This document shows, piece after piece, positions 37,226 through 50,199 of a stretch of 64,000 nt of DNA (position 1 is its first letter; every line of letters begins with the position of its first letter). The stretch lies in NCBI RefSeq assembly GCF_963921235.1, contig NC_086097.1, positions 191,458,001-191,522,000 on the forward strand, written 5' to 3'. Below the pieces are notes generated by a model. That model saw only the letters and a list, made by a program, of their open reading frames with translations. It ran no database searches and was not told where the DNA came from. Source of the stretch: Mobula hypostoma (lineage: Eukaryota). The position numbers and the translations under genes were made by a program.

Positions 37226-38000
37226 GGGTTCAATGGTTCAATTTAATATCAGAGAATGTATACATTATACAATCTGAAATCCTTACTCCCCGCAGACATC
37301 CTCGAAACAGAAGGAAAACCCCAATGAATGAATGACAGAAAAAAAGTAAGAACCTCAAAGCCCCCTTCCCCCTCCCATGCACAAGCAGCATCAACCCTCC
37401 CCCTCCTCCTCCCCCTCCCCCTCCCCCACTTATAGTAGCATAAAGCATCAGCATTCCCGTCACCCACCATGCAAGCAATACCAAAGCCCCAAAAGAGAGA
37501 CCATGGTCTGCAGTACATCAAAAACTAACTGTTAAACCAATGTTTTAACATCCCTCAGACTCACTCTCTCTCTCTAACAAGGGAGAAACAGGTATCACTC
37601 CTTCCACAGTGAGAGGGAAGACACATTCGCTGTTTCACTGTAACAGTCACAGTCTGAACGTTGCTTTTATTTCAAAAACCCCAACTCAAGAATTGGCGGC
37701 AAACTCTCACTCACAGCAAGAGAGAGAGTACAATCAATCACTGAGTGCACAGCCCTCCGACACTTGCTCCACATTCCTGCTCCTGCTACACTTTGGTTTG
37801 CGACACTGGCGAGAATTCGTGTCCACAGGGCCAAGCAAGGCCGCACCCTGAAGACGCCTGACTTCAGGCTGAGCCTGAACATATCAAAAATACAGCCATT
37901 TGACAAGCTCCAAGAACAGGACTAGGCCGCCGTGCAGAACTGGTGTTTGACTTCTATAGATCAAAGACCCCGACAGGACTCCAGCCACCCTGAAAAGGAA
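37226..38000 (-). mobile_element. Unclassified non-coding retroposon with a Rex/Babar-like tail (copy A)
   Basis: 37226-37530 is the diverged reverse complement of 38530-38822. Confidence 0.65.
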
Positions 38001-38269
38001 AATAGAGACATTAGAAGACATTAGAGATTAAAACTTTAACTGTTCTACTGATGGGCTGTGAGAAGTTGCCCTCTGCACCACTTTCTGTCAGAGTCCGTGA
38101 TCGACAGCTCAAACTACCATTCTTCACAAATGGTGGGTCTTCATACCAGCTGTGCAACCTGGCGCTTTGCTATCTCCAGGAGCAGCCTGGAACACGTGTT
38201 TCTGGGGAACGGTCCTGTAGGTGACCTAGTTCTTCACCAATTTTGCTGACTGAAGCTTGTGGGAGACTG

Positions 38270-38822
38270 AAACTTTGAGACAGCAGATGGTGTGTGCTTC
38301 TGTCAGAAGAAATACTTTGTACTCAACCCATTCTCCCCCCCCCCACTCTTTTGATGGAGAGTGAGAGCCTTTCAGTCCTCGAGTCAGAAGGCTTGGAGAA
38401 GCGACACAGGAGATTGTAACATCAGAACAGCAAGCTACTAATCTCCACTATCATTGTTGCAGGAGCAACCCCCCGCTCCTTCGTTGGTGAGAGACAAACT
38501 ATCTGAGATACGAAGTGCTGAGTTATAGACTTCAGCTTTTAATGGACTCTAGATCAAAGTCTCTCTGGGAGGCTTTTGCTATTGTTTACATGGTGGGGTG
38601 GTGTATCAGTGGTTCTGCTGATGCAAGTAGGAGGAGGGGGAGGGGGAGGGGGAGGGGATGGCCGATGCTTCTACTGCAGCTTGTGCATGGGAGGGGATGG
38701 GGATGGCTTTGGATTTTTGATGTTTCTGTCATTCATCCTTTGGGGTTTCTTGGTTCGTGAAGAGTGAGAATTTCATGTTGTATACTGTACACATTCTCTG
38801 ATATTAAATGGAACCATTTGAA
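38270..38822 (+). mobile_element. Same unclassified retroposon family (copy B)
   Basis: Ends gttgtatactgtacacattctctgatattaaatggaaccatttgaa; homologous to copy A. Confidence 0.65.
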
Positions 38823-38929
38823 GCATATAAACCACTAGAGCTTGATATTTATGGTGTAGAGACAAATATCAATCTCCAGTTGTTTTTATGCTTCCCAATG
38901 GACTAAGCACATTCACCCATTATCAGAGG

Positions 38930-39200
38930 GCAGTACAGAAGAGCTGCTGCCCCATAACCTGAGTTCACTTCTAACCTCCAGTGCTCTCTGTGTGGATTTT
39001 GCATGTTCTTCCAGTAACCACATGGGTTTCCCCCCACATCCCAATGTGTGAGTTGCGAGGTTAATGGGCAACAGAAATTACCCCTCATGTGCAGGTGAGT
39101 GGCAGTGGGATTAGTATAGTGTTATGTAAATTGATTCTGGATGATCAGTTCATACCCATTTGACCAAAGGGTCTGTTTTCATGCTGTATGCCTGTATCTT
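38930..39200 (+). mobile_element. HE1-like SINE
   Basis: gagctgctgcc..acctgagttca..tgtgtggattttgcatgttct..gggtttccc..cacatccc..aaattacccct..aagggtctgttt. Confidence 0.7.
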
Positions 39201-39904
39201 TTATTTCAGACATAAAATATATATTTTATGCTGCTGTCCTTAATCAAAAAATCAACACTTCATTTATCAGCAAATAATTATGTTCTGTTGCAAATTTCAA
39301 CATTTACAACATAGAAATATGCCACTTCACTTAATAGAAAGGAAAGAGATCTAATTAAAATTTGCAACCAACTCATCATACTCCAGTATTTATAAATATC
39401 ACCACAGTATTTTGTAAAATGCTCACATCAGGCCTAATGCATACGGGGCTATACTTGTATTTTTGAAATAAATTCCAATTGACTGAATTGTTGTCAGATA
39501 AGATTCAATACTTTCTCCTAATGGGCACAAACGGCTTGTGCAGAGGGAAAAATTCATGGACGTTTTCCACACGAGCTGCAACATTAAAATTCACTGCATC
39601 ATCGAAGTTTTCTTACCAAGCTGGATATGCTTCAAAAATTGAAAGTATGAAAATCACGAGCTTTGCTGTTGCAAATTTTTCCTGTCTCCGTAGCATCAAA
39701 TTTTACATGGGACAATGCTGCAGACTCTAGAAAATGGTTTTCTGCTATAAGGAAATAGAATCAAGGATGGCATTTAAAGAACAGATAGCAAGAATACATG
39801 AGCTTGCAGTACCAATAATGATTGCAAGAGAAACAGCAGCAAAAGCTAAGACATACAAGTACTATCTGAAATAGTGGACTATTCAACATACTCTATAGAG
39901 GACC

Positions 39905-40060
39905 AGTGGGATAACTACAACTAGTTGAGCTTCTGCCTCACAGATTCAACCACCTCGATTACATCTGTACTATCTGTGTAGAGTTTGCAAGTTTTCCCAA
40001 TAACTGCATGTGTTTCCCTGGTTTCCTCCCACATCCCAAAGCTGTGCAGACCATTGGCAA
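39905..40060 (+). mobile_element. HE1-like SINE fragment
   Basis: ctgcctcacag..tgtgtagagtttgcaagttttccc..gtttcctcccacatcccaaa. Confidence 0.65.
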
Positions 40061-41119
40061 GGTTAAACAAGTGTCACAAATTAGTCAAGTTATCCTACCT
40101 GTACAGAAGATATTTCAGGGACCAAAAGAGGGCAAGATAAAGAAATCACTTCCCAATCCAATTTATACTTTATTCCATAACATTTCCTCATAAATGCTGC
40201 TATTGCACATAAAAAGGCCACTCAGCCCATCATGTTTATGCCAACTCTTAGACCAATTCCAGTTCACCACTTATTTCCCTGGAACTATCTTCACTCTCAC
40301 ATACCCATCAACTGCACTGCCCCAATTGTCCTGCCCCACCCACTTGCAAAAGCAGTGAATCTTCCAGGTCATCATCAAAATGCATCTGTAATCCTGATAA
40401 ATAAGCTTTGGCAAAGTATTCAATTGCTGAGGGACCCCTGGTAAGTTTAACATTGTCTTCACTCTGTAACTACTGAAGGGTTTTTCAGTTGTAGGTTCTG
40501 ATTGGGGTAGAAACATAAGACTGAGTGCTCAAAGAGCAAATTACCACAATGAATTGGCAAGGGTTGAGAATATCATTACTCTGAGCCCTAGAGGGATGTT
40601 ATCATTTATAATAACTGATTAGAATTGTTACAAAATTATTTGAAATAATTAACAGAGGAATTTTGAAAATATGCCGTGCTTAGGTTCGGGCAATTTCCAA
40701 ATGCATGTTGGCAACAAGAAACCTTGCATACCTCAGAATGTCAAATACAAGATGTGCTGATATAGAGGAATATCCTTCCCAACTTTGGAAAATGTAGTCC
40801 TTTTACATTCTATGATAATATTCTGAAAACTGATTGCCTTCCTCTGAAATGTAGGAAGGAGTCTGCATAAGGAGGAAAATGTAGAAAAGTCTATCAATGC
40901 AAAACAGTGAGAGAAACATTTGGTTGTGCAAAATTGGTTCAGCAGTGTAACTTATAACTCAAACTCCTGCAGAAATTATAAAAGCAACTTTTCAAGCTTC
41001 AGAGCCATATAACATACACATAGGAAGGTCAGACAGAAGTAGTTAAGATTGAAACAGAATTAACAATGGATGTAACATCTTAAGGATTTATTTACATCAA
41101 TATTTAATACTAAACATGA

Positions 41120-42935
41120 GATTTTTCAGTTGCTGGAGAAATTCAGCACGTCAGGCAGCATCCATGGAGAAGAATAGTCGATATTTTGGCATGAGACCCT
41201 TCATTAAGACTGGAAAGGGTGGGAGAAGAAGCCAGATTAAGAAAGTGGCCGGGGGTAGTGGAAGAGTACAATCCTTCAGATAATCAAGCCAGGTGAGGAG
41301 GAAAGAGGGTGTGTGGGGGATTGGGGATGAAGTGAGAAGCTGGGAGACGATAGATGGAAAGATGAAGGGCTGAAGAGGAAGGAATCTCATAGGTGAGGAA
41401 AGTGGACCAGTTGAGAAAGGGAAGGAGGAGGGGCACCACAGGGAAGTGATGGGCAGGAGAGGAGAAGAGAAGGGGTAAGAGAAGAGCCAGAATGGGGAAT
41501 TGAAGAAAGAGAGAAGGGGGAGGGAGGAGAAATTATCCAAAGTTGGAGAAACCAATAGGTTGGGGGCTACCCAGATGGAATATGAGGTGTTGTTCCTCCA
41601 CCTGAGGAGCAGTAAATTCGTGGCAGTGTGCACAGAACATGGAACACAGAAACCTACAGCACATTACAGTCTGTTGTGCCGACCATGTAACCTATTCTAG
41701 AAACAGCCTAGTATCTCCCTACCATATAGCCCTCTATTTTCTAAGTTCCATGTACCTATCTAAGAGTCTCTTAAAAGACCCTGTTGTATCCACCACCACC
41801 ACCATTCCATGCACCCACCACTCCCTGTGTGAAAAACTTACCCCTGACATCCCCTCCATATCTATTTCCAAGCACCTTAAAACTATGCTCCCTTGTGTTA
41901 GCCATTTCAACCCTGGGCAAAAGCCTCTGTCTAACCACACAATCAATGCCTCACGTTGTCTTATACACCTCTATCAGGTCACCTCTCATCCTCCACCACT
42001 CTAAGGAGAAAAAGCCATTCACTTGACCTATTCTCATAAGGCATGCTCACCAATCCAGGAAACATACTTGTAAATCTCCTCTGCGCCCTTTCTACAGTAT
42101 CCACATCCTTCCTATAGTGAGGTGACCAGAACTGAGCACAGTTCTTCAAATGGGTTCTGACAAGGGTCTTACATAGCTGTTACATTACTTTACGGCTCTT
42201 GAACTCAACCCTACAGTTGATGAATACCAACACGCCATACGCCTTCTTAACAACATTGTCAACCTGTGCAGCAGCTTTGAGTTTCCTATGGACACAGACC
42301 CCGAGATCTCTCTGATCCTCCACACTGCCAAGAGCATACCATTAATACTATATTCTGTCAAGAAGTCTATGGAGCAATATTTTGAAGAGGGAATGGGAAG
42401 TAGAATTAAAATGGGTGGCCATTGAGAAATTGTGCATGTTGTGGTGGATGAAGGAAAGGTGCCCAACAAGTGGTCCCCCAGTCAATCACTTGTATCACTG
42501 ATATAGAGAAGACTGCCGCAGAGCACTAGAAGAGTAGAAAACTTCAACAGGCTTGCAGGTGAAATGTTGCCATACCTGGAAGGACTTACTGAAGCCCTGA
42601 ATGGTGGTGAGGAAGGAGGTGAAAGGACAGGTGTAGTACTTAGCCCGCTTTCAGGGGTAAGTGCCAAGAGGAAGATCAGCTGGTATGGATGAGTATACAA
42701 AGGAGTCATGAAGAAAGTGATCCCTGTGGAAAGTGGAGTAGAGAGAGTTGGGGAAGCGAAAGATCTGTTTGTGGTAGGATACTATCATAGATGGTGGAAG
42801 TTATGGAGAATGATAGGCTGGATGCAAAGGTTTGTGGGGTAGTCAGTAAGGACAATAAGCACCCTATTTTTGTTATGATGGCAAGAAGATGGAGTGATAG
42901 TTCATGTCCAGGAAATAGAGGAGATGCGATATTCA
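41120..42935 (-). mobile_element. PLE fragment (EN region and pLTR) split by a CR1 insertion
   Basis: 41120-41630 and 42360-42935 are collinear with the reverse of the PLE at 29.9-30.9 kb and join across the CR1. Confidence 0.8.
41631..42359 (-). mobile_element. CR1 3' fragment nested in the PLE
   Basis: Tail (cagaacatggaaca) at 41631; minus ORF ..DTTGSFKRLLDRYM; gtgaggtgaccagaactgagcaca is the reverse of CAQFWSPH. Confidence 0.85.
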
Positions 42936-45080
42936 ATGTTAATTGTTACTACTTTTTATTTGAGGCAAACATATGATGCTTTCAATATTTAATGAATGTA
43001 GAAACTAATAGTATTTATCATTAATAAATAATTAATGTAAGCTTAATGAATATTAATAAGTATTAACTAATGTGTCAGATTTTCAGGAATTTACATTTGT
43101 GTACCTGATCCAGCAGCAGCATCTGGATTGTTGTTCTTCTCACCTTCCTGGCATTTTTCTTTTTGGTGTAAGTTTTGGATTTTACCCCATTCATCTCAGA
43201 GAGAACTTCAAGTTTTCAAAGCAATCATGACGGTAGCTTCTGATTGTCATTCGTATTAGTATTTGGATGGTAGTGATCTACATTTTGATGAAATGAGACA
43301 TTTCCCCATTCAACAAGGTCATGAGATTGTTTCAAGGTCTATTATAACAAAGTGGGTCATATCAATTGTGCCTTGCACTTTCTGACAGAGCTGATGAACC
43401 TTTCCTTTTGGTGTTCTGTGTCTTCCTCCAAGACTTTTTCTCTTAATGAGCTGAAGGACTTTTCAAGCTATGTTATGACAAGCCTAAATTGCAAGTATTC
43501 TATACTTAAATTCAAATCAAATGAAGTAAAGTTAAGATATAATCAAAAATGAATTGCAGTTCAGTGTAAAGCAATGTGAACGGCAGATTTGAATGTCATA
43601 TGCTTCTAGTGGAATGATTTAAGACTAGACATAATAGATAGTGCATCTACTGCAGGTAGCTTGTTGCAGATTTAATAGCAATGACATGACAACAATAATC
43701 TGTAGGAAAAGAAAGCTATGCATACATAAAGTTGCTGGGCTTAATTGGACTTGCCTCATGAAGCAGTATAATAAGACTTCCCTTTCCTCAACAATTGTGC
43801 AGTGGAAAATATCTTAATGGTATTCCAGTCCCCAGGGGTACTCAAAAAAATGTTAAAATTTCAAGGAATAAAACATGACAAACCCTTGAAATGTTGTTTC
43901 TTCAGGGTTTATTGCATTACATCTCAGGAGACTGATTAATTGCAGGACTACCTAGAGCAATCCTGTTCAAACACAGCTGTAATTGTATGCATTCAATGAC
44001 AGAATTTCAGCTGTTATGTTTAATCATAAAATTGACTAGTGCTCTTTTTTAAAAGAAACAATGTGGATCTAAATGTGAAAGCAGGATCAGGATGGTACTG
44101 AAACAGACCTAAGCCAAAGTAATGAAGCGCTCCTAGTGGAGAGACTGTGTATAGTGAGGTGTGGAGTTCAGTAAGCCAATATGCACGGTACTCTTCCCAC
44201 TTTGAGAGTTTCAGAGAGCCTTACTTGGAGTCTGCTGATACATGGGAATGATTAAACACAAGCAACTGTCTGCATGACATAACTCTCTCCTGGGAGATGA
44301 TCATAAGTCAGATTGATGTAGTAATGTAGGAGGAGGACTGCATCAGCATGGTCCCTCCAGAAGGAAAAGAAAAGAGGTCAGGCGTAGCTATTAAATATTT
44401 GAACAGCAGCATGCAAGCATGAGCCTGGAAATAGTGTGTGATTAAAACTGTAGTGTAGCTCAAGATGTACTTGCACTGATGTGTGAATGCTGCAATTTAT
44501 TTTTCTCCCTATGCTCTACAGCAATTAGAAGCATGGATCAATTAGAGATGTTGCAATATGAAGCAGTTTTTGCCCTTTAACTCCATTCATCAATGTCAAT
44601 ATGTTTTACACATAATTTAGAGGATTTAGAAAGGGATGAGCTCAGTATCACTGATGACCACATAATAAGTAATACCAGCATGTATTGCTTGGCCATCTGT
44701 GACACTGTACAAGGGTGAAGCACAGAAGGTGTTAAAGCAAACACAGGAGATGTAAACGCATAAACAGAACCTGTGTGAACATCTGGTGCAATCTTCCCTG
44801 CAGGAGATTATATTTTTTTTAAATGCTATCTTTAAGATGCTTTACTACAAAGATGTCTTCCTGTTAGGAAAAATGCTGACTTCAGTGAAGAGCAGCATTT
44901 TAATAGCATCCTCATTTGTGGATGAAATTAAAATAGGCTATGTTGCAGACGGTATAGAAGGTTCTGAAAAAATTACAGGGGCATCTTGTTCAGCTAGGTA
45001 TATGGGCTTAGAATTAGCAAATGGCTTTCCATCCAAATGAATTACATTTTGGAAGATCAAACAAAGTTAGGACTTAAACA

Positions 45081-45207
45081 TAGCAACACACATAGGTTTC
45101 AAAATGTTGACTGTACCTTTTTCCATAGATGCTACCTGGCCTGCTGAGTTCCTCCAGTACTTTGTGTGTGTTGTTCAGATTTCCAGTATCTGCATATTTT
45201 CTCTTGT
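45081..45207 (+). mobile_element. Short PLE pLTR insertion with 14-bp TSD
   Basis: ttaggacttaaaca at 45067-45080 and 45208-45221; short inverted 5' piece tagcaacacacata. Confidence 0.88.
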
Positions 45208-45371
45208 TTAGGACTTAAACAGTGAATGTTAGAGCCCTGGGCAGTGTTATAGAACAGTGGGACATAAGAGCATAAGTGCAAAGTTCACTGAAAGTGGCAT
45301 CACAGGTAGATAAAGTGGGGAATAAGGTGTTTGGCTTGCTGGCCTTTAGTCAGGGTACTGAGTATAGGAGT

Positions 45372-45470
45372 ATAGTCCTGCAGAAGGGCCTCAGCCTGAA
45401 ACGTTGACTGTACTCTTTTCCATAGATGCTGCCTGGCCTGTTGAGTTCCTCCAGCATTTTGTGTGCGTTG
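45372..45470 (+). mobile_element. 99-bp PLE pLTR insertion with 8-bp TSD, starting at the hammerhead motif
   Basis: ataggagt at 45364-45371 and 45471-45478; insert begins atagtcctgcagaagggcctcagcctgaaacgttgact. Confidence 0.85.
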
Positions 45471-46594
45471 ATAGGAGTTGGAAAGTTATGTTGCAGTTAT
45501 ACAAGATGTTAGAGAGGTCACATTTTCTCATTTTGTTATGAAAAATGTTATTCAACTAGAAAGTGAAGAAAAGATTTACCAGAACATTGCCTGGACTTGG
45601 GCCCCTGAGTTTCATGGAAAGGTTTTGTAGACTAGGATGTTATTCCCTGGAACCTAGGAGATTGAGAGGTGACCTGTGAGAGCACATAATCTCTTCCCTA
45701 GAGAGAAGTTGTTACAAAGAGAGAGACAGAGGTAGAAGATCAAGGGTAGCTTCTTTACCAAAGGACAATGTTGTCGTTGGAATGAACTTCCAGAAATAGT
45801 GGGTGAGATGAACACAGTATCAAAATTTAAAAAGCCAGCTAGGTAAGTACAGTACCTGGTAGGAAAGGTTTAGAGGACATTTGGCCAAATGCAGGCCGAA
45901 GGTACTAACTCACTCTGCGATAATGTTGGCATGGACAAATTGGACTGAAGGGCCTGTTTTCATGCTATATCACTCTGAGACTCACATTTGTGAACAGCAA
46001 TTGCCTTCCCTGGATGTAATAACAGAATGTGGATCTGCTGCTATTTCTCTGTGGAAAACAAAACCAGCTTTGCAAATTGTAACTGGCACTCCAATAATTG
46101 CATAGATTGCCCCGTTTGTAGGGTTGCTTTAACAATAGCTCATTTCTTTTGGAGCTAGTTATCTGTACAAATTTACTTGCACCAATTGATATGATTGTAG
46201 TGCCAGGAAGTTCTTCATACGAGCTAAATGCTATGCAGACTACACATCCAGGAAACATTGTGTAGCTAAATCTGCCAGGTCATTCTTAACCATTTGTGCT
46301 CGAGTTCAGTGGCCATCCAGCGTAAAGGAAAACAAAAGCAGGGTGAAGATTCAACAATCTATATTAAGAGTTGGTTTTGTAAGAAATGCAGTCATCCTCT
46401 CCTTACTCTGATGACACACAACCAGAAGGATAGGATGACAGAATGCCACTACAGATAGTGCAGCAGTCTCACAATTCTGAGTCCAGATTTAATCCTGACC
46501 CTTGACACCATTTTCTGTGAGGTTGTCTACTTTTTGCTTGGCTGCTTCAGTTTCCTCCAACATCACAAGGGCAATATGGTTGTTAATTTGTAAA

Positions 46595-49500
46595 ATGAGT
46601 TTGTAAAATGTGTGCAGGATAGTATTTTGCAGCAATACATAGAGGTACCAACTAGAGAAGGGGCAGTGTTGGATCTCCTGTTAGGGAATGAGATAGGGCA
46701 GGTGACGGAGGTATGTGTTGGCCAGCACTTTGGGTCCAGTGATCACAATACCATTAGTTTCTATATAATTATAGAGAAGGATAGGTCTGGACCCAGGGTT
46801 GAGATTTTTGATTGGAGAAAGGCTAACTTTGAGGAGATGCGAAAGGATTTAGTAGGAGTGGATTGGGACAATTTCTGTTATGTGAAGGATGTAATAGAGA
46901 GATGGAAGTCATTTAAAGGTGAAATTTTCAAGGGTACAGAATCTTTATGTTCCTGTTAGGTTGAAAGGAAAGGTTAAAAGTTTGAGAGAGCCATGGTTTT
47001 CAAGGGATATTGGAAACTTGGTTTGGAAAAAGAGAGAGAGAGATCTACAATAAATATAGGCAGCTTGGAGTAAATGATGCGCTCGAGGAATATAAAGAAT
47101 GTAAAAAGAATCTTAAGTAAGAAATTAGAAAAGCTAAAAGAAGATATGAGGTTGCTTTGGCAAGTAAGGTGAAAATAAATCCAAAGGGCTTCTACCATTT
47201 TATTAATAGCAAAAGGATAGTGAGGGATAAAATTGGTCCCTTAGAGAATCAGAGCGGACAGCTATGTGTGGAGCCAAAAGAGATGGGGGAGATTCTGAAC
47301 AATTTCTTTTCTTCGGTATTCACTAAGGAGAAGGATATTGAATTGGGTAAGATAAAAGAAACAGTTAGGGAAGTTATGGAAACTATGATGATTAAAGAAA
47401 AGGAAGTACTGGAGCTTTTGAGCAATATAAAAGTGAATAAGTCTCCGGGTTCTGACAAGATATTCCCTAGGACCTTGAGGGAAGTTAGTGTGGAAATAGC
47501 AGGGGCTCTGACAGAAATATTTCAAATGTCATTAGAAACGGGGATGGTGCCGGAGGATTGGCGTATTGCTCATGTGGTTCCATTGTTTAAAAAGGGTTCT
47601 ATGAGTAAACCTAGCAATTATCGGCCTGTAAGTTTGATGTCAGTGGTGGGTAAATTAATGGAAAGTATTCTTAGAAATGGTATATATAATTATCTGGACA
47701 GACAGGGTCTGATTAGGGACAGTCAACATGGATTTGTGCGTGGAAGGTCATTTTTGACAAATCTTATTTAATTTTTTGAAGAGGTTACCAGGAAAATTGA
47801 CAAGGGTAAAGCAGTGGATGTTGTCTATATGGACTTCAGTAAGGCCTTTGACAAGGTTCCACACGGAAGGTTAGTTAGGAAGGTTCAATCATTAGGTATT
47901 AATATTGAAGTAGTAAAATGGATTCAGCAGTGGCTGGATGGGAGATGCCAGAGAGTAGTGGTGGATAACCGTTTGTCAGGTTGGAGGCCGGTGACTACTG
48001 GTGTGCCTCAGGGATCTGTACTGGGTCCAATGTTGTTTGTCATATACATTAATGATCTGGATGATGGGGTGGTAAATTGGATTAGTAAGAATGCAGATGA
48101 TGATAAGATAGGTGGCGTTGTGCAGGTGTCCCCAAACTTTTTTGCACCGCGGACCAGTTTAATATTGACAATATTCTTGCGGACTGGCCGGCCAACTGGG
48201 GGTGGGGGGGTTTGGTAGTGGTGGAGAGGTGTTCAAGTGGGGTTAAACTCACCTCAACATGTCTTTTACAGTTAGGGTTGCCAACTTTCTCACTCCCAAA
48301 TAAGGGACAAAAGTAGCAGTCAAATCCCGGGACATTTATCCCCCAGAAGACTACCATGACCATGAAGCCTTGCGTGGGCACCTGTGTGCACATGCGTGAC
48401 GTGCGTATGTGATGTGCGCATGCGCATACGTGCCGATTTTTCTCACACAAATCGGTTTTGCCTTCATCTTCCCAACTATACTGTGCATACATTATTTCTA
48501 CCCTATATAGGCTGTGTACATATCATATCATTCCTGCTTTTACTATATGTTAGTGTTATTTATTTTCAGTTTTATGCGTTATTTGGTATGATTTGTTAGG
48601 TTATTTTTTGGGTCTGGGAACGCTCAAAAATTTTTCCCATATAAATTAATGGTAATTGCTTATTCGCTTCACGCCATTTCGGCACGAAAGGTTTCATAGG
48701 AAAGCTTTAACTTAGCAGGGGAAATACAGGACAAACCAATTTAGCCCAATATACTGGATGTCCCGGCAAATACGGGACAGTTGGCAACCCTATGTTCAAG
48801 TTTAACAGTGTGTGACAGGGAATGAAGAAAGGTGCAGCTCACTCATATCATTTCCTAACGGCCCGGTGGTTGGGGAAAACTGGCGTTGTGGATAATGAAG
48901 TAGGTTTTCAAAGCTTGCAGAGAGATTTAGGCCAGTTAGTGGAGTGGGTTGAAAGAAGGCAGATGGAGTTTAATGCTGATAAGTGTGAGGTGTTACATTT
49001 TGTTAGGACTAATCAAAATAGGACATACATGGTAAATGGTAGGGCATTGAGGAATGCAGTAGAACAGAGTGATCAAGGTATAACGGTGCATAATTTCCTG
49101 AAGGTGGAACCTCATGTGAATAGGGTGGTGGAGAAAGCTTTTGGTATGCTGGCCTTTATTAATTAGAGCATTAAGTATAGGAGTTGGGATGTAATGTTAA
49201 AATTGTACAAGGCATTGGTGAGGCCAAATTTAAGTATTGTGTGCAGTTCTGGTCACCAAATTATAGGAAAGATGTCAAAAAAATAGAGAGAGTACAGAGG
49301 AGATTTACTAAAATGTTACCTGGGTTTCAGCACCTAAGTTAGAGAGAAAGGTTGAACAAGTTGGGTCTTTATTCTTTGGAGCATAGAAGGTTGAGGGGGG
49401 CTTGATAGAGGTATTTAAAATTATGAAGGGGATAGATAGAGCTGACGTGGATAGGCTTTTTCCATTGAGAGTAGAGGAGATTCAAGCAAGCGGACATGAG

Positions 49501-49778
49501 TTGAAAGTTAAGGGGCAAAAGTTTAGGGGTAACATGAGGGGGAACTTCTTTACTCAGAGAGTGGAAGCTGTGTGGAACGAGCTTCCAGTAGAAGTGGTAG
49601 AGGCAGGTTTGATTTTTTCATTTAAAAAAAAAATGGATGGGTATATGGACAGGAAAGGAATGGGGGGTTATGGGCTGAGTGCAGGTAGGTGGGACTAGGG
49701 GAAAGTAATCTTCAGCATGGTCTAGAAGGGTCGAGGTGGCCTGTTTCCATGCTGTAATTTTTATATGGTTATATGGTT
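46595..49778 (+). mobile_element. CR1 LINE ORF2 (endonuclease C-terminus through RT), degenerate, interrupted by a hAT element
   Basis: PTREGAVLDLLL, GSSDHN, PEDWRIAHVVPLFKKG, YMDFSKAFDKVPH, GVPQGSVLGP, ADDDKIGG; several stops and frameshifts; (atatggtt)n tail. Confidence 0.95.
48123..48882 (-). mobile_element. Non-autonomous hAT element, copy 2, 8-bp TSD
   Basis: TIRs caggtgtccccaaac / gttggggaaaactg; TSD gcgttgtg at 48115-48122 and 48883-48890; reverse complement of 12758-13768 without the PLE insert. Confidence 0.95.
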
Positions 49779-50199
49779 AATTGGGTCAATCGGTAGCTGT
49801 CAATTACCCCTAATATAGGTGTAATTCAGTGAGGGTATAACGTGGGAGAATCAGTCGGGTATGAATGGGCATATATGAGGAAATAGGTTGCAGGAAATTA
49901 AGCTAGGGGTGGGACTGATGAAACCACTCTGAAAGCCATCATAGATTTAATGGATGGAATGTCCTTCTTTTGTCAGTAGGAAGTATAGAAATGTGGAATA
50001 TGAGCCAGGATATCCAATGACAAAGATTTCTTATATTAAAAATTCCTGCTTTCTTGGCTTCAGTAGGACCCTGCATGAGGCTGGTGCATCCAGTGAGAAG
50101 AGATACAGCATGTCCAAAAGATGAGACACAGTTATTAACTCTCATTTCATAGATTTTCTCTTTGCACTAGGGTGTAAATCAATAGTACTTGAACATCCT

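Larger units (their letters stand above)
44920..45975 (+). mobile_element. Degenerate CR1 3' half carrying two short PLE insertions
   Basis: tttgtggatga..aaaatagg (FADD.KIG-like), ctgaaagtggcatcacaggtaga, gaagggcctgtttt terminal motif. Confidence 0.75.
46445..49995 (+). mobile_element. HE1-like SINE split by a CR1 insertion (5' half about 46445-46588, 3' half about 49776-49995)
   Basis: SINE core ..gtttcctccaacatcacaa.. before the CR1 and ..aattacccctaatataggt.. after it; gttaatt is present at both junctions. Confidence 0.6.

Noticed and set aside
37068..37277. Protein-like short ORF (VEEMHSQMGSSEAEIGKVVPVVYADPGDFFQF)
   Set aside because: No recognisable family or convincing splice sites, and it runs into a repeat tail.
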